This document shows, in pieces, positions 37,673-52,976 of a stretch of 64,000 nt of DNA. Both the position numbers and the translations under genes were made by a program. The notes beneath the pieces were generated by a model, which was not told the DNA's origin, did no database searches, and saw nothing but the letters and a program-made list of their open reading frames with translations. How positions within the stretch are numbered: the first letter of the stretch is position 1; every line of letters starts with the position of its first letter. The stretch is from Amoebidium appalachense. Lineage: Eukaryota > Protista > Ichthyosporea. The DNA is taken from contig CAVNZM010000004.1 of the NCBI GenBank assembly GCA_963693365.1, forward strand, positions 1,234,949-1,298,948, given 5' to 3'.

Positions 37673-39046
37673 TTAAGCGGATCAACTCATTTCCGATTGG
37701 TCAAACTTACGCTATTTTGAGCTAGGCAAATTCCCTTTCTTACATAGATAGATAAAAGCCCAAGAGGTATTCTATAACTTCGACAGCTAACACATCCAAG
37801 CAGAATTACAAACAGCTTTATTTTTAATAAAAACCAAAAATAATTGAAACATATCAAATGTGGGTGTTTGGACTGCGTTGTGCGTACGAGTTGTGGGGGC
37901 ACTTGCGCGTGTGTGGAGAATTTTATTCTTTGCCGCTGGATTATTGGGGTTTACTCACTTTTTATTGCGTGGACACTGCCGGAGGCCCAGCCACATTCGA
38001 CGGCCTACTGCGTTTTCCAGCACAGCCAATCAAATGCAGCCAGTGACATATGTACATGCTAGGCAACAATGAGCGCCATCGTAGTATCTGACACCCCTAT
38101 TACATATTATGGGTAAGCAGATGCTAGCATCGGTAGCTCCGAAAGAAAGTTAAGGCACCGGATCACAATATCATACTGTGCAGCATTAATAAGGTGATCT
38201 TGAGCGGATCAACTCATTTCCGATTGGTCAAACTTACGCTATTTTGAGCTAGGCAAATTCCCTTTCTTACATAGATAGATAAAAGCCCAAGAGGTATTTT
38301 ATAACTTCGACAGCTAACACAACCAAGCAGACTTACAAACAGCTTTATTTTTTATAAAAACCAAAAATAAATTGAAACATATCAAATGTGGGTGTGTGGA
38401 TTGCGTTGTGCGTACGAGTTGTGGGGGCACTTGCGCGTGTGTGGAGAATTTTATTCTTTGCCGCTGGATTTATTCAACAAGTATGCACGGCATACCGTTG
38501 GGCATACTTAGTAAGTTAGGAGGCAATAAAAACTTCACGAGTTATCACATGTAGCATGCAATTGCCGCTGAGATACGTGTACCTGAACACTGTGTGAAAA
38601 TCATATAGATATTCAATGTGACAAACAACAGAATTCAACAAAAAGTCTCAAGTGCTCACATTGCCAGCCAGTGTACCTAGCAGACACCCGTAGGGAAAGA
38701 GGCAAAACGCGACATAAAAAACTCACACCTATGTATGTGTCATACCTTCGACTCAGTGAAAAAGTTCGATCAGCAGCAAACTTTGCATGTGTCACGTGCA
38801 CCAACGGCGATGGAAACAAGAATTACGGCCCAGTGCGTGTTATTGTGTTTCGGTGTATGTAAATGTGAAGGGGAGAGAACCGTTACATATAAGTACCTTT
38901 AGGGAGGTTAGTGGTTATTTCTTGCTCATGTCCGGGGTTCTGTGTGACTGCGTGTGCTCTTATAAGTTCCCTAAAGTTTCATGTGTGGTTTTTACACGCC
39001 CTGTAAAACCTAACTAGAACATTCCAAAGGATAAACCAGACCGGGC
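37673..39046 (+). repeat. Upstream block of paralog 2: full copy 38200-39046, preceded by a partial copy 37673-37942
   Basis: agcggatcaactcatttccgattggtc... occurs at ~37676 and ~38203; its reverse complement lies at 9298-10157. Confidence 0.88.
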
Positions 39047-39141
39047 AACATATACACACCCGAGTGTGTAGTGCGTCTATTATTCACGTGGTCTGGAATA
39101 CACTACACACACAAGAAAGCTTTGGTTAGTGGTTCGTGAAC

Positions 39142-40480
39142 ATGGGCCGGATCCTCTTCAGCGCGGCTGTGCTTGGCGCAGTCAGCGTGCAGGTGCAGGG
39201 CCTCTTTCTGTTCAAGAAACCAGCTGCAGCCAAACCACCCGCAGCAATCGAGTACGCTGATGCCACCACCTTCCCTGCCCCCAAGGGATACCGCTGCATT
39301 GATGACCAGCCTGCCGGCAACCTCATCAAACCATACACAGATCAGCCCTCGGCAGATGCCTGCCAGACAAGGTGCCGTGAAACGGCCGGCTGTGGATTCT
39401 ACACCTACTACCCCGGGTCCAAATGGTGCAACACGTACAAAACATGCAGCCGCCTGTTCACAGAGGGCGTGGATGTCACCGCCTACAAAATGTGTAAGTA
39501 CTTTTCCTGACTCCCAGTGATCTAGGCTACAGTAAACTGCCCTAAATGGTTGGCGCGTTAAATCGGCCCAGTCATCTAGGCTACTGTAAACTGCCCTAAA
39601 CGGCTGGCGCGTTAAATCGGCTCTATGTTGTCGGCTAGGCATAGCAGGAACACTTGGCACTTCGTTCGATATAATATTCCTAAATTCGAAATCAGATGGG
39701 CATCTCCTTTCGTCCTCTTGTCCCGGAAGTGCATATCATACATCGTACACGATACCAACACCATATCCCGGTGTTCAGCTTGTAAACATCCCCCCCCCCC
39801 CCCCCCCCCCCCCTCCCCCCTCCTCCCCCCTCCCCCTCCCCTCAAACACAAACACCCTGTGAAGTCTTCCTCCTTTGCCGATCTCCTTCCCATTTCCTAT
39901 GCGTTCAATGTGGCTTTGAGGGACTTAACCTAAGTGCATACTAATGCAGTTTTATATGTGGCACAAAAGTTCAATTAAAAGACCAAGAGTGTCCTGACTA
40001 AATTAATTTCCACCCTAATTTTTCACAGACCCCGTGCGACCAGCAGACCCAGGTGAGCATCCCCTGTACATCCCCGCCCCCCTCCCCCCCCTCCCCCTTC
40101 AATAAAATACGAACTTTTTGTTCTCTGCCACCACCGTACTGGCCTTACAGTATGTCAATGAGCTTCAAGCTTTGTGGCACACACATGCACACACATGCGC
40201 ACGCATACATGAATTTTGTACCCACATCATAATCGCTCTTTTTGTTCTCTGCCACCACCGTACTGGCCTAACCACCACCGTACTGGCCTAACCGTATTTC
40301 AATGAGCCTCAAGCTTTGTGGCACACACGTGCACACACATGCACACGCATACATGAATTTTGCACCCACATCATAATCGCTCTCTCTCTCTCTCTCTCCC
40401 TCCTCCCCCCCCCTCCCCCTCCCCCCCCCCCCCCCCCTCTCTCTCTCCCCCCCCCCCTCGCTCTCCCTCTCTTTCTCCCC

Positions 40481-40514
<34 letters not shown>

Positions 40515-41802
40515 CACCACCACCACCACACAAACACACGCGCACACATGCACACGCACACGCACATGTGAACATACAGGCTACCAGCCGCACATCCGGC
40601 CCGGGAATGGTCTGAAATGCGTTGACGGAAACGGTGCGTTGTTCGATGCCCCGCATGGTCTGGGAACTGTCGCAGACGTTTCCAAGTGTTATGAGGCTTG
40701 CCGTAGTCGTGCGGGATGCACCCATTTCACCTATTACTACACTTCCAAGTGGTGCAGTCTTTACTCGAAGTGCGAGGGAACGGAGCCTGCAGGGGATGGC
40801 GGTGAGACATTTGCACTTGTTGGTGAGTAAAACTTGACTGGAAACTGGAAAGAAGTTGTTTCTTTTTTCTTTCCTCTTTTGCTTTCTTTTTTCTCTTTTC
40901 TTCCAGTCTAGTTTCTTCTCGCGAATTGAAAGAAATCACTTTCTTTTTACTTTCTTTTTTCTTTCTGTGAGTTCAGCGGAAACTGGAAAGAAGCTGTTTC
41001 TTTTTTCTTTCCTCTTTCGCTTTCTTTTCTTTCTCTTTTCTTCCAGTCTAGGTTCTTCTCGCGAATCGAAAGAAATCACTTTCTTTTTTCTTTCCTTTTT
41101 CTTTCCTTTTTCTTTCTTTTTTCTTTCCTTTTTCTTTCTGTGAGTTCAGCGGTACATGTGCGTATATTGTCTGGCTCGCACAACCAACTTGTAAGTTTTA
41201 ATGCCCTCTCGAAGGATCAATGGGGTTGCGTTTTTAGTCATAAACTCATGCAATCGTTTTGCTCTAAATTATGAGGTATATAGATAACTTGAATTATTCT
41301 TACCTACTTTGCCATGAATACTAATGCAGTTTTGAATTATTCATACCTACTTTGCCTACCATGAATACTAATGCAGTTTTATATGTGGACAAAAGTTCAA
41401 TTTAAAGACCAAGAGTGTCCTGATTAATATTTCCACCCTAATTTTTTCACACAGACCCCGTGCGACCAGCAGACCCAGGTGAGCATCCCATGTACATCCC
41501 CGCCCCCCTCCCCCCCCTCCCCCTTCAATAAAATACGAACTTTTTGTTCTCTGCCACCACCGTACTGGCCTAACGGTATGTCAATGAGCCTCAAGCTTTG
41601 TGGCACACACATACACACACATGCACACGCATACATGAATTTTGTACCCACATCATAATTGCTCTTTTTGTTCTCTGTCACCACCGTACTGGCCTAACCA
41701 CCACCGTACTGGCCTAACCGTATTTCAATGAGCCTCAAGCTTTGTCGCACACACATGCACACACATGCACACGCATACATGAATTTTGCACCCACATCAT
41801 AA

Positions 41803-41893
<91 letters not shown>

Positions 41894-43228
41894 TCTCTCT
41901 CCCCCCCCCCCCTCGCTCTCCCTCTCCCTCTCCCCCCCTCCCCCCCCCCCCCCCCCTCCCCTCCCACCACCACCACCACACAAACACACGCGCACACATG
42001 CACACGCACACGCACATGTGAACATACAGGCTACCAGCCGCACATCCGGCCCGGGAATGGTCTGAAATGCTTTGACGGAAACGGTGCGTTGTTCGATGCC
42101 CCGCATGGTCTGGGAACTGTCGCAGACGTTTCCAAGTGTTATGAGGCTTGCCGTAGTCGTGCGGGATGCACCCATTTCACCTATTACTACACTTCCAAGT
42201 GGTGCAGTCTTTACTCGAAGTGCGAGGGAACGGAGCCTGCAGGGGATGGCGGTCAGACATTTGCACTTGTTGGTGAGTAAAACTTGACTGGAAACTGGAA
42301 AGAAGTTGTTTCTTTTTTCTTTCCTCTTTTGCTTTCTTTTTTCTCTTTTCTTCCAGTCTAGTTTCTTCTCGCGAATTGAAAGAAATCATCTTTTTTCTTT
42401 CCTCGTTTGCTTTCTTTTTTCTCTTTTCTTCCAGTCTAGTTTCTTCTCGCGAATTGAAAGAAATCACTTTCTTTTTTCTTTCTTTTTCTTTCCTTTTTCT
42501 TTCCTTTTTCTTTCCTTTTTCTTTCCTTTTTCTTTCTGTGAGTTCAGCGGTACATGTGCGTATATTGTCTGGCTCGCACAACCAACTTGTAAGTTTTAAT
42601 GCCCTCTCGAAGGATCAATGTGGTTGCGTTTTTAGTCATAAACTCATGCAATCGTTTTGCTCTAAATTATGAGGTATAAAGATAACTTGAATTATTCTTA
42701 CCTACTTTTCCATGAATACTAATGCAGTTTTGAATTATTCTTACCTACTTTGCCTACCATGAATACTAATGCAGTTTTATATGTGGCACAAAAGTTCAAT
42801 TAAAAGACCAAGAGTGTCCTGACTAATATTTCCACCCTAATTTTTCACAGACCCCGTGCGACCAGCAGACCCAGGTGAGCATCCCCTGTACATCCCCGCC
42901 CCCCTCCCCCCCTCCCCCTTCAATAAAATACGAACTTTTTGTTCTCTGCCACCACCGTACTGGCCTAACCGTATGTCAATGAGCCTCAGGCTTTGTGGCA
43001 CACACATTCACACACATGCACACGCATACATGAATTTTGTACCCACATCATAATCGCTCTTTTTGTTCTCTGCCACCACCGTACTGGCCTAACCACCACC
43101 GTACTGGCCTAACCGTATTTCAATGAGCCTCAAGCTTTGTGGCACACACATGCACACACATGCACACGCATACATGAATTTTGCACCCACATCATAATCG
43201 CTCTCTCTCTCTCTCTCTCTCTCTTTCT

Positions 43229-43259
<31 letters not shown>

Positions 43260-44466
43260 TCTCTCTCCCCCCCCCCCCTCGCTCTCCCTCTCCCTCTCCC
43301 CCCCTCCCCCCCCCCCCCCTCCCCCTCCCACCACCACCACCACACAAACACACGCGCACACATGCACACGCACACGCACATGTGAACATACAGGCTACCA
43401 GCCGCACATCCGGCCCGGGAATGGTCTGAAATGCTTTGACGGAAACGGTGCGTTGTTCGATGCCCCGCATGGTCTGGGAACTGTCGCAGACGTTTCCAAG
43501 TGTTATGAGGCTTGCCGTAGTCGTGCGGGATGCACCCATTTCACCTATTACTACACTTCCAAGTGGTGCAGTCTTTACTCGAAGTGCGAGGGAACGGAGC
43601 CTGCAGGGGATGGCGGTCAGACATTTGCACTTGTTGGTGAGTAAAACTTGACTGGAAACTGGAAAGAAGTTGTTTCTTTTTTTCTTTCCTCTTTTGCTTT
43701 CTTTTTTTCTCTTTTCTTCCAGTCTAGTTTCTTCTCGCGAATTGAAAGAAATCACTTTCTTTTTTCTTTCCTTTTTCTTTCCTTTTTCTTTCCTTTTTCT
43801 TTCTGTGAGTTCAGCGGTACATGTGCGTATATTGTCTGGCTCGCACAACCAACTTGTAAGTTTTAATGCCCTATCGAAGGATCAATGTGGTTGCGTTTTT
43901 AGTCATAAACTCATGCAATCGTTTTGCTCTAAATTATGAGGTATAAAGATAACTTGAATTATTCTTACCTACTTTTCCATGAATACTAATGCAGTTTTGA
44001 ATTATTCTTACCTACTTTGCCTACCATGAATACTAATGCAGTTTTATATGTGGCACAAAAGTTCAATTAAAAGACCAAGAGTGTCCTGACTAATATTTCC
44101 ACCCTAATTTTTCACAGACCCCGTGCGACCAGCAGACCCAGGTGAGCATCCCCTGTACATCCCTGCCCCCCCTCCCCCCCCTCCCCCTTCAATAAAATAC
44201 GAACTTTTTGTTCTCTGCCACCACCGTACTGGCCTAACCGTATGTCAATGAGCCTCAGGCTTTGTGGCACACACATTCACACACATGCACACGCATACAT
44301 GAATTTTGTACCCACATCATAATCGCTCTTTTTGTTCTCTGCCACCACCGTACTGGCCTAACCACCACCGTACTGGCCTAACCGTATTTCAATGAGCCTC
44401 AAGCTTTGTGGCACACACATGTACACACATGCACACGCATACATGAATTTTGCACCCACATCATAA

Positions 44467-44532
<66 letters not shown>

Positions 44533-45732
44533 TCTCTCTCCCCCCCCCCTCGCTCTCCCTCTCCCTCTCCCCCTCCCCCCCCCCCCCTCCCCTCCCACCA
44601 CCACCACCACACAAACACACGCGCACACATGCACACGCACACGCACATGTGAACATACAGGCTACCAGCCGCACATCCGGCCCGGGAATGGTCTGAAATG
44701 CTTTGACGGAAACGGTGCGTTGTTCGATGCCCCGCATGGTCTGGGAACTGTCGCAGACGTTTCCAAGTGTTATGAGGCTTGCCGTAGTCGTGCGGGATGC
44801 ACCCATTTCACCTATTACTACACTTCCAAGTGGTGCAGTCTTTACTCGAAGTGCGAGGGAACGGAGCCTGCAGGGGATGGCGGTCAGACATTTGCACTTG
44901 TTGGTGAGTAAAACTTGACTGGAAACTGGAAAGAAGTTGTTTCTTTTTTCTTTCCTCTTTTGCTTTCTTTTTTCTCTTTTCTTCCAGTCTAGTTTCTTCT
45001 CGCGAATTGAAAGAAATCACTTTCTTTTTTCTTTCCTTTTTCTTTCCTTTTTCTTTCCTTTTTCTTTCTGTGAGTTCAGCGGTACATGTGCGTATATTGT
45101 CTGGCTCGCACAACCAACTTGTAAGTTTTAATGCCCTATCGAAGGATCAATGTGGTTGCGTTTTTAGTCATAAACTCATGCAATCGTTTTGCTCTAAATT
45201 ATGAGGTATAAAGATAACTTGAATTATTCTTACCTACTTTTCCATGAATACTAATGCAGTTTTGAATTATTCTTACCTACTTTGCCTACCATGAATACTA
45301 ATGCAGTTTTATATGTGGCACAAAAGTTCAATTAAAAGACCAAGAGTGTCCTGACTAATATTTCCACCCTAATTTTTCACAGACCCCGTGCGACCAGCAG
45401 ACCCAGGTGAGCATCCCCTGTACATCCCCGCCCCCCCTCCCCCCCCCTCCCCCTTCAATAAAATACGAACTTTTTGTTCTCTGCCACCACCGTACTGGCC
45501 TAACCGTATGTCAATGAGCCTCAGGCTTTGTGGCACACACATTCACACACATGCACACGCATACATGAATTTTGTACCCACATCATAATCGCTCTTTTTG
45601 TTCTCTGCCACCACCGTACTGGCCTAACCACCACCGTACTGGCCTAACCGTATTTCAATGAGCCTCAAGCTTTGTGGCACACACATGCACACACATGCAC
45701 ACGCATACATGAATTTTGCACCCACATCATAA

Positions 45733-45786
<54 letters not shown>

Positions 45787-45792
45787 CCCCCC

Positions 45793-45823
<31 letters not shown>

Positions 45824-47032
45824 CTCTCCTCCCCCCCTCGCTCTCCCTCTCCCTCTCCCCCCTCCCCCCCCCCCCCCCCCCCTCCCACCACCACCACCAC
45901 ACAAACACACGCGCACACATGCACACGCACACGCACATGTGAACATACAGGCTACCAGCCGCACATCCGGCCCGGGAATGGTCTGAAATGCTTTGACGGA
46001 AACGGTGCGTTGTTCGATGCCCCGCATGGTCTGGGAACTGTCGCAGACGTTTCCAAGTGTTATGAGGCTTGCCGTAGTCGTGCGGGATGCACCCATTTCA
46101 CCTATTACTACACTTCCAAGTGGTGCAGTCTTTACTCGAAGTGCGAGGGAACGGAGCCTGCAGGGGATGGCGGTCAGACATTTGCACTTGTTGGTGAGTA
46201 AAACTTGACTGGAAACTGGAAAGAAGTTGTTTCTTTTTTCTTTCCTCTTTTGCTTTCTTTTTTCTCTTTTCTTCCAGTCTAGTTTCTTCTCGCGAATTGA
46301 AAGAAATCACTTTCTTTTTACTTTCTTTTTTCTTTCCTTTTTCTTTCCTTTTTCTTTTCTTTTTCTTTCTGTGAGTTCAGCGGTACATGTGCGTATATTG
46401 TCTGGCTCGCACAACCAACTTGTAAGTTTTAATGCCCTCTCGAAGGATCAATGTGGTTGCGTTTTTAGTCATAAACTCATGCAATCGTTTTGCTCTAAAT
46501 TATGAGGTATAAAGATAACTTGAATTATTCTTACCTACTTTGCCATGAATACTAATGCAGTTTTGAATTATTCTTACCTACTTTGCCTACCATGAATACT
46601 AATGCAGTTTTATATGTGGCACAAAAGTTCAATTAAAAGACCAAGAGTGTCCTGACTAATATTTCCACCCTAATTTTTCACAGACCCCGTGCGACCAGCA
46701 GACCCAGGTGAGCATCCCCTGTACATCCCCGCCCCCCCTCCCCCCCCTCCCCCTTCAATAAAATACGAACTTTTTGTTCTCTGCCACCACCGTACTGGCC
46801 TAACCGTATGTCAATGAGCCTCAGGCTTTGTGGCACACACATTCACACACATGCACACGCATACATGAATTTTGTACCCACATCATAATCGCTCTTTTTG
46901 TTCTCTGCCACCACCGTACTGGCCTAACCACCACCGTACTGGCCTAACCGTATTTCAATGAGCCTCAAGCTTTGTGGCACACACATGCACACACATGCAC
47001 ACGCATACATGAATTTTGCACCCACATCATAA

Positions 47033-47105
<73 letters not shown>

Positions 47106-50100
47106 TCTCTCTCTCCCCCCCTCGCTCTCCCTCTCCCTCTCCCCCCTCCCCCCCCCCCCCCCCTCCCCTCCCACCACCACCACCACACAAACACACGCGC
47201 ACACATGCACACGCACACGCACATGTGAACATACAGGCTACCAGCCGCACATCCGGCCCGGGAATGGTCTGAAATGCTTTGACGGAAACGGTGCGTTGTT
47301 CGATGCCCCGCATGGTCTGGGAACTGTCGCAGACGTTTCCAAGTGTTATGAGGCTTGCCGTAGTCGTGCGGGATGCACCCATTTCACCTATTACTACACT
47401 TCCAAGTGGTGCAGTCTTTACTCGAAGTGCGAGGGAACGGAGCCTGCAGGGGATGGCGGTCAGACATTTGCACTTGTTGGTGAGTAAAACTTGACTGGAA
47501 ACTCGAAAGAAGTTGTTTCTTTTTTCTTTCCTCTTTTGCTTTCTTTTTTCTCTTTTCTTCCAGTCTAGTTTCTTCTCGCGAATTGAAAGAAATCACTTTC
47601 TTTTTACTTTCTTTTTTTTTTCCTTTTTCTTTCCTTTTTCTTTCTGTGAGTTCAGCGGAAACTGGAAAGAAGTTGTTTCTTTTTTCTTTCCTCTTTCGCT
47701 TTCTTTTCTTTCTCTTTTCTTCCAGTCTAGTTTCTTCTCGCGAATCGAAAGAAATCACTTTCTTTTTTCTTTCCTTTTTCTTTCCTTTTTCTTTCCTTTT
47801 TCTTTCTTTTTTCTTTCCTTTTTCTTTCCTTTTTCTTTCTGTGAGTTCAGCGGTACATGTGCGTATATTGTCTGGCTCGCACAACCAACTTGTAAGTTTT
47901 AATGCCCTCTCGAAGGATCAATGTGGTTGCGTTTTTAGTCATAAACTCATCCAATCGTTTTGCTCTAAATTATGAGGTATAAAGATAACTTGAATTATTC
48001 TTACCTACTTTGCCATGAATACTAATGCAGTTTTAATTTATTCTTACCTACTTTGCCTACCATGAATACTAATGCAGTTTTATATGTGGACAAAAGTTCA
48101 ATTAAAAGACCAAGAGTGTCCTGACTAATATTTCCACCCTAATTTTTCACAGAATCACGAGTTGTGTAGTCTGTTATTGGTCGTTGTGGGATAACTGCCA
48201 CTTCCCGATGATACATACAGCCAAAATATTTGGCTGCAGGAGGCCTGACTGCCGCAAGCTTCAAGCCGGCCACCAATACCATAACAATGAGACATGGGGT
48301 GACTTCATACTGTCGAAAGCATTTTTAACCAACCAACCCCCCGACCACCCCCAGCAGCCAACCCACCCGCAGCAATCAACTTCGTCGATGCCACCACCTT
48401 CCCTGCCGCCAAAGGATACCGCTGCATTGATGGCCAGCCTGCCGGCAACCTCATCAAACCATACACAGATCAGCCCTCGGCAGATGCCTGCCAGACAAGG
48501 TGCCGTGAAACGCCCGGCTGTGGATTCTACACCTACTACCCCGGGTCCAAATGGTGCAACACGTACAAAACATGCAGCCGCCTGTTCACAGAGGGTGTGG
48601 ATGTCACCGCCTACAAAATGCGTAAGTACTCTTCCTGACTCCCAGTTATCTAGGCTACAGTAAACTGCCCTAAACGGCTGGCGCGTTAAATCGGCTCTAT
48701 GTTGCCGGCTAGGCATAGCAGGAACGCTTGGCACTTCGTTCGATATAATATTCCTAAATTCGAAATCAGATGGGCATCTCCTTTCGTCCTCTTGTCCTGG
48801 AAGTGCATATCATACATCGTACACGATACCAACACCATATCCCGGTGTTCAGCTTGTCAACATCCCCCCCCCCCCCCCCCCCCCCCTCCCCTCCTCCCCC
48901 TCCCCCTCGTGACAAGACCTCACAGCGTTTATCACGAGTTGTGCACGTGTAGTCTGGTATTGGTCGTTGTGGGATAACTGCCACTTCCCGATGATACATA
49001 CAGCCAAAATATTTGGCTGCAGGAGGGCCTGACTGCCGCAAGCTTCAAGCCGGCCACCAATACCATGACAATGAGACATCGGGTGACTTCATACTGTCGA
49101 AAGCATTTTTAACCAACCAACCCCCCCACCACCCCCAGCAGCCAATGTAAAATTTTATGAGTATTCTGACTATGTCGGGGAAGCAGAGACACAGTGGTGC
49201 AGTGTGAAAACACCACAGACACACAGACAAACACACAGACGGAACCGATCGGAGAAGTGTACAGAACAGACATCAATGTTTAGACACAACTAAACTGAAT
49301 TTATTTTGAGATGTGCTTATATAACCGCAATCACTAAGTCAAACCTATGTATGATTTCCGACTGGTCGGAAATCAGAATAGATATCGGATAGACCAATCA
49401 TAATGGACTGATTACTACAGCAATAGATCCAACACTCGCAATAGATCACGGCAAGGCATAAGAACACAGTCACGAAGAAACTGTAAACCTTGACACTAAT
49501 TTCTAACCTATTATTGAGGTTAACGGCAGGGACACGTTATGACTAGTCTAGTGATTGGTTAGACCGCGGCAATTCGCAAAACAAACATAGTTGAATAAAC
49601 TATTGACACATAAAATAGTACATGGTGTAGCCTATGTGTTTTTCTTCCAATCAAAACACATCTACTTCACACGAATTAACTCTACGTATATTAGTGAGAA
49701 AGAACAGTGATCACACACATGAACACCAGGGAAAAAGGAGGAAAGAAAAGAGAAGAAGAGAAGAGAGAAAAAGAGAGGAACACAGAACAACAAACATGAA
49801 CACGATAGCACAGTTACAACATAAGATATTCATGTACACACAAACATGTGCACGAGCACTCCTACTGAGTGGATTCGTGCAGGCACATATCTATATTCTA
49901 ATCTTTAGATCAACACACGATTAGAGCCAATATGACACGATTACGGACACGAAAACATATTTGAGATCGATTAACAATTTTAAGAATAAGGAGAGTGACT
50001 TTTACATTAATGCTATGAACTGAATCATAAACACAAACTGAAAGATCTTACACATGTACAAACTACGTACTTCAACAGCCAACCCACCCGCAGCAATCAA

Positions 50101-52945
50101 CTTCGTTGATGCCACCACCTTCCCTGCCCCCAAGGGATACCGCTGCATTGATGACCAGCCTGCCGGCAACCTCATCAAACCATACACAGATCAGCCCTCG
50201 GCAGATGCCTGCCAGACAAGGTGCCGTGAAACGGCCGGCTGTGGATTCTACACCTACTACCCCGGGTCCAAATGGTGCAACACGTACAAAACATGCAGCC
50301 GCCTGTTCACAGAGGGTGTGGATGTCACCGCCTACAAAATGTGTAAGTACTCTTCCTGACTCCCAGTGATCTAGGCTACAGTAAACTGCCCTAAACGGCT
50401 GGCGCGTTAAATCGGCTCTATGTTGCCGGCTAGGCATAGCAGGAACGCTTGGCACTTCGTTCGATATAATATTCCTAAATTCGAAATCAGATGGGCATCT
50501 CCTTTCGTCCTCTTGTCCTGGATGTGCATATCATACATCGTACACGATACCAACACCATATCCCGGTGTTCAGCTTGTCAACCCCCCCCTCCCCCTCCCC
50601 TCCTTCCCCTCCCCTCAAACACAAACACAAACACGCTGTGAAGTCTTGTCACGAGTTGCGTAGTCTGGTATTGGTCGTTGTGGGATAACCGCCACTTCCC
50701 GATGATATATGCAGCCAAAAGTTTTGGCTACATGTATACAAAATGCGTAGGTACTTTTCCTGACTCCCAGTGATCTAGGCTACAGTAAACTGCTCTAAAC
50801 GGCCAGCGTGTCAAATCGGTTCAATGTTGTCGGCCAGGCGTAGCAGGAATGTTTGGAATACATTGCAATGCACATGCTTAGTCAGGATGAAGGTGTAGTC
50901 AGGATGAAGGTGTAGTCTTTTTGTAACTTATTATGGCTCGCCTTATAGTTATTGGTCGCCACTCGTACATGATACAAAAGTAGGCCAATCTCCTTCCCAT
51001 TTCCTATGCGTTCAATGTGGCTTTGAGGGACTTGACCTAAGTGCAGGTTTATTTTCAAGGAATGTCATAAACATGTAAGCCACGGGGTAGAAAACTAAAC
51101 CCATACACCCACAGCTGCAGGCGATGAGCCGGCCGATGGAACTCTTACCATTGTGATTGTCGATGCCAGCGGCAAGCCCTTACCCAACCTGCCGGTCCAG
51201 ATCATCGATGATGTCACCGGCAAGGTCATCGTCAAGCCCACCACCGATGCCAACGGCAAAATCACAATCACCGTCCCGCCCGGCAAGTACTCCGTTGTGC
51301 CCGTGTGGCCCCCCAACAAGCGCCCCCCCGCACCCAACGACAAGTTCACCATCGTGGTGGGGTCTGGGCAGAACAAACCATTCACTCAGACCTTCAGCAT
51401 CCCGGAGGAGAACGGTTCGATGACAATTGTGATCAAGGGCCCGGACGGCACACCGTTGGCAGATACGGACGTTGAAATTTACGACGAAGACAACAACCTT
51501 GTGGACGTGCAGACCACCGACGCAGACGGCAAACTGACCATCGTAGTCAAGCCCGGCAAATACACCATTGTGCCCGTATATGCCAACGGCCAGAAGCCAG
51601 CCCCGCCCGACGACAAGTTCACTGTGGTCGTGGGCCCCGGCAAGAACCCAGACTTCAGCCAAACGGTGGTGATTCAGACCACCGGCCGCATCCAGGGCAC
51701 CATTTTCAACGACCTGAACAAGAACAACAAGGTGGATGCAGGCGAGGGCATTGCAAAGTCCATTGTGAGTCTGCTGCAGGGCGGAGTCAAGCTCAGCCCC
51801 GACCAGCAAACCTCCGCCACCGGGCAGTATGCATTCACCAACCTTAAGCCGGGCACGTACACGGTGGTGATTGCCAAGATCACAGGGTTCACACTGCCAC
51901 CTGGTGCCGTCACAACAAAAGAAATCGTCGTGGCCTCTGGCAGCACATCCACGTTTGACTTCCGCATTCTTGGCAACCCTACCCCCACCACAGGTACAGT
52001 ATGGTGCTTCACATATTATTCCTTTCGCAAAACAGTGTCTTGTTCACCTTCAACATGCCATTGGCAAAACTTGGTTGGGCTGCAGGTTCCTGGTATGACC
52101 TAGGGCCTATCATCATACAACATGCCATTGGCAAAACTTGGTTGGGCTGCAGGTTCCTGGTATGACCTAGGGCCTATCATAGTGACTGTGAATTACACGC
52201 ACGCAATTGCAAGTCACCACGGCCTGACATGGCCAAGTGCTCTGTTGGACGAGTATATGGTTGGGCTGCAGGTTCCTGGTATGACCTAGGGCCTATCATC
52301 ATACAACATGCCATTGGCAAAACTTGGTTGGGCTGCAGGTTCCTGGTATGACCTAGGGCCTATCATAGTGACTGTGAATTACACGCACGCAATTGCAAGT
52401 CACCACGGCCTGACATGGCCAAGTGCTCTGTTGGACGAGTATATGGTGCGGGCACACACAAGTGCGTACACCAGCTTCAAGTGTACAGACCAGTAAGAAC
52501 AAAGGGCAGAACGTTGCGCACGCTGACATGGAGACTTAAGACATCGTCCAGTCGTAGAAGAGGTTGCTCACGCTCATGCTGCACACACACAGGCTCTGTG
52601 GCCGGCAAGGTGTACCTGGACAACGACAACACGCGGACGTTTGGTGCCGGGGACGAATTGATTCCCGGCATCCCCGTCAGCCTGGTCAGCTCGACGGGCA
52701 AGGTGGTCGGGTCGACCACCACCAGCGCCCAGGGGGCCTTCTCGTTCCCCACGGTGGCTGCTGGCAGCTACACGGTCAAGGCCGATCTGTCGTCACGTGA
52801 TGACGTGGCCAGCCCCCAGGCGGAGGGCGCCATCACCGTGAGGGACGGTGGCAAGATCACCCTAGACTTTGCCATCGAAGGTGCGTCTGGCCTGCCAAGG
52901 CATACTCTGCAATTGTCTTACGCCTCCCTCCCCTCTCACTCCCCC

Positions 52946-52976
<31 letters not shown>

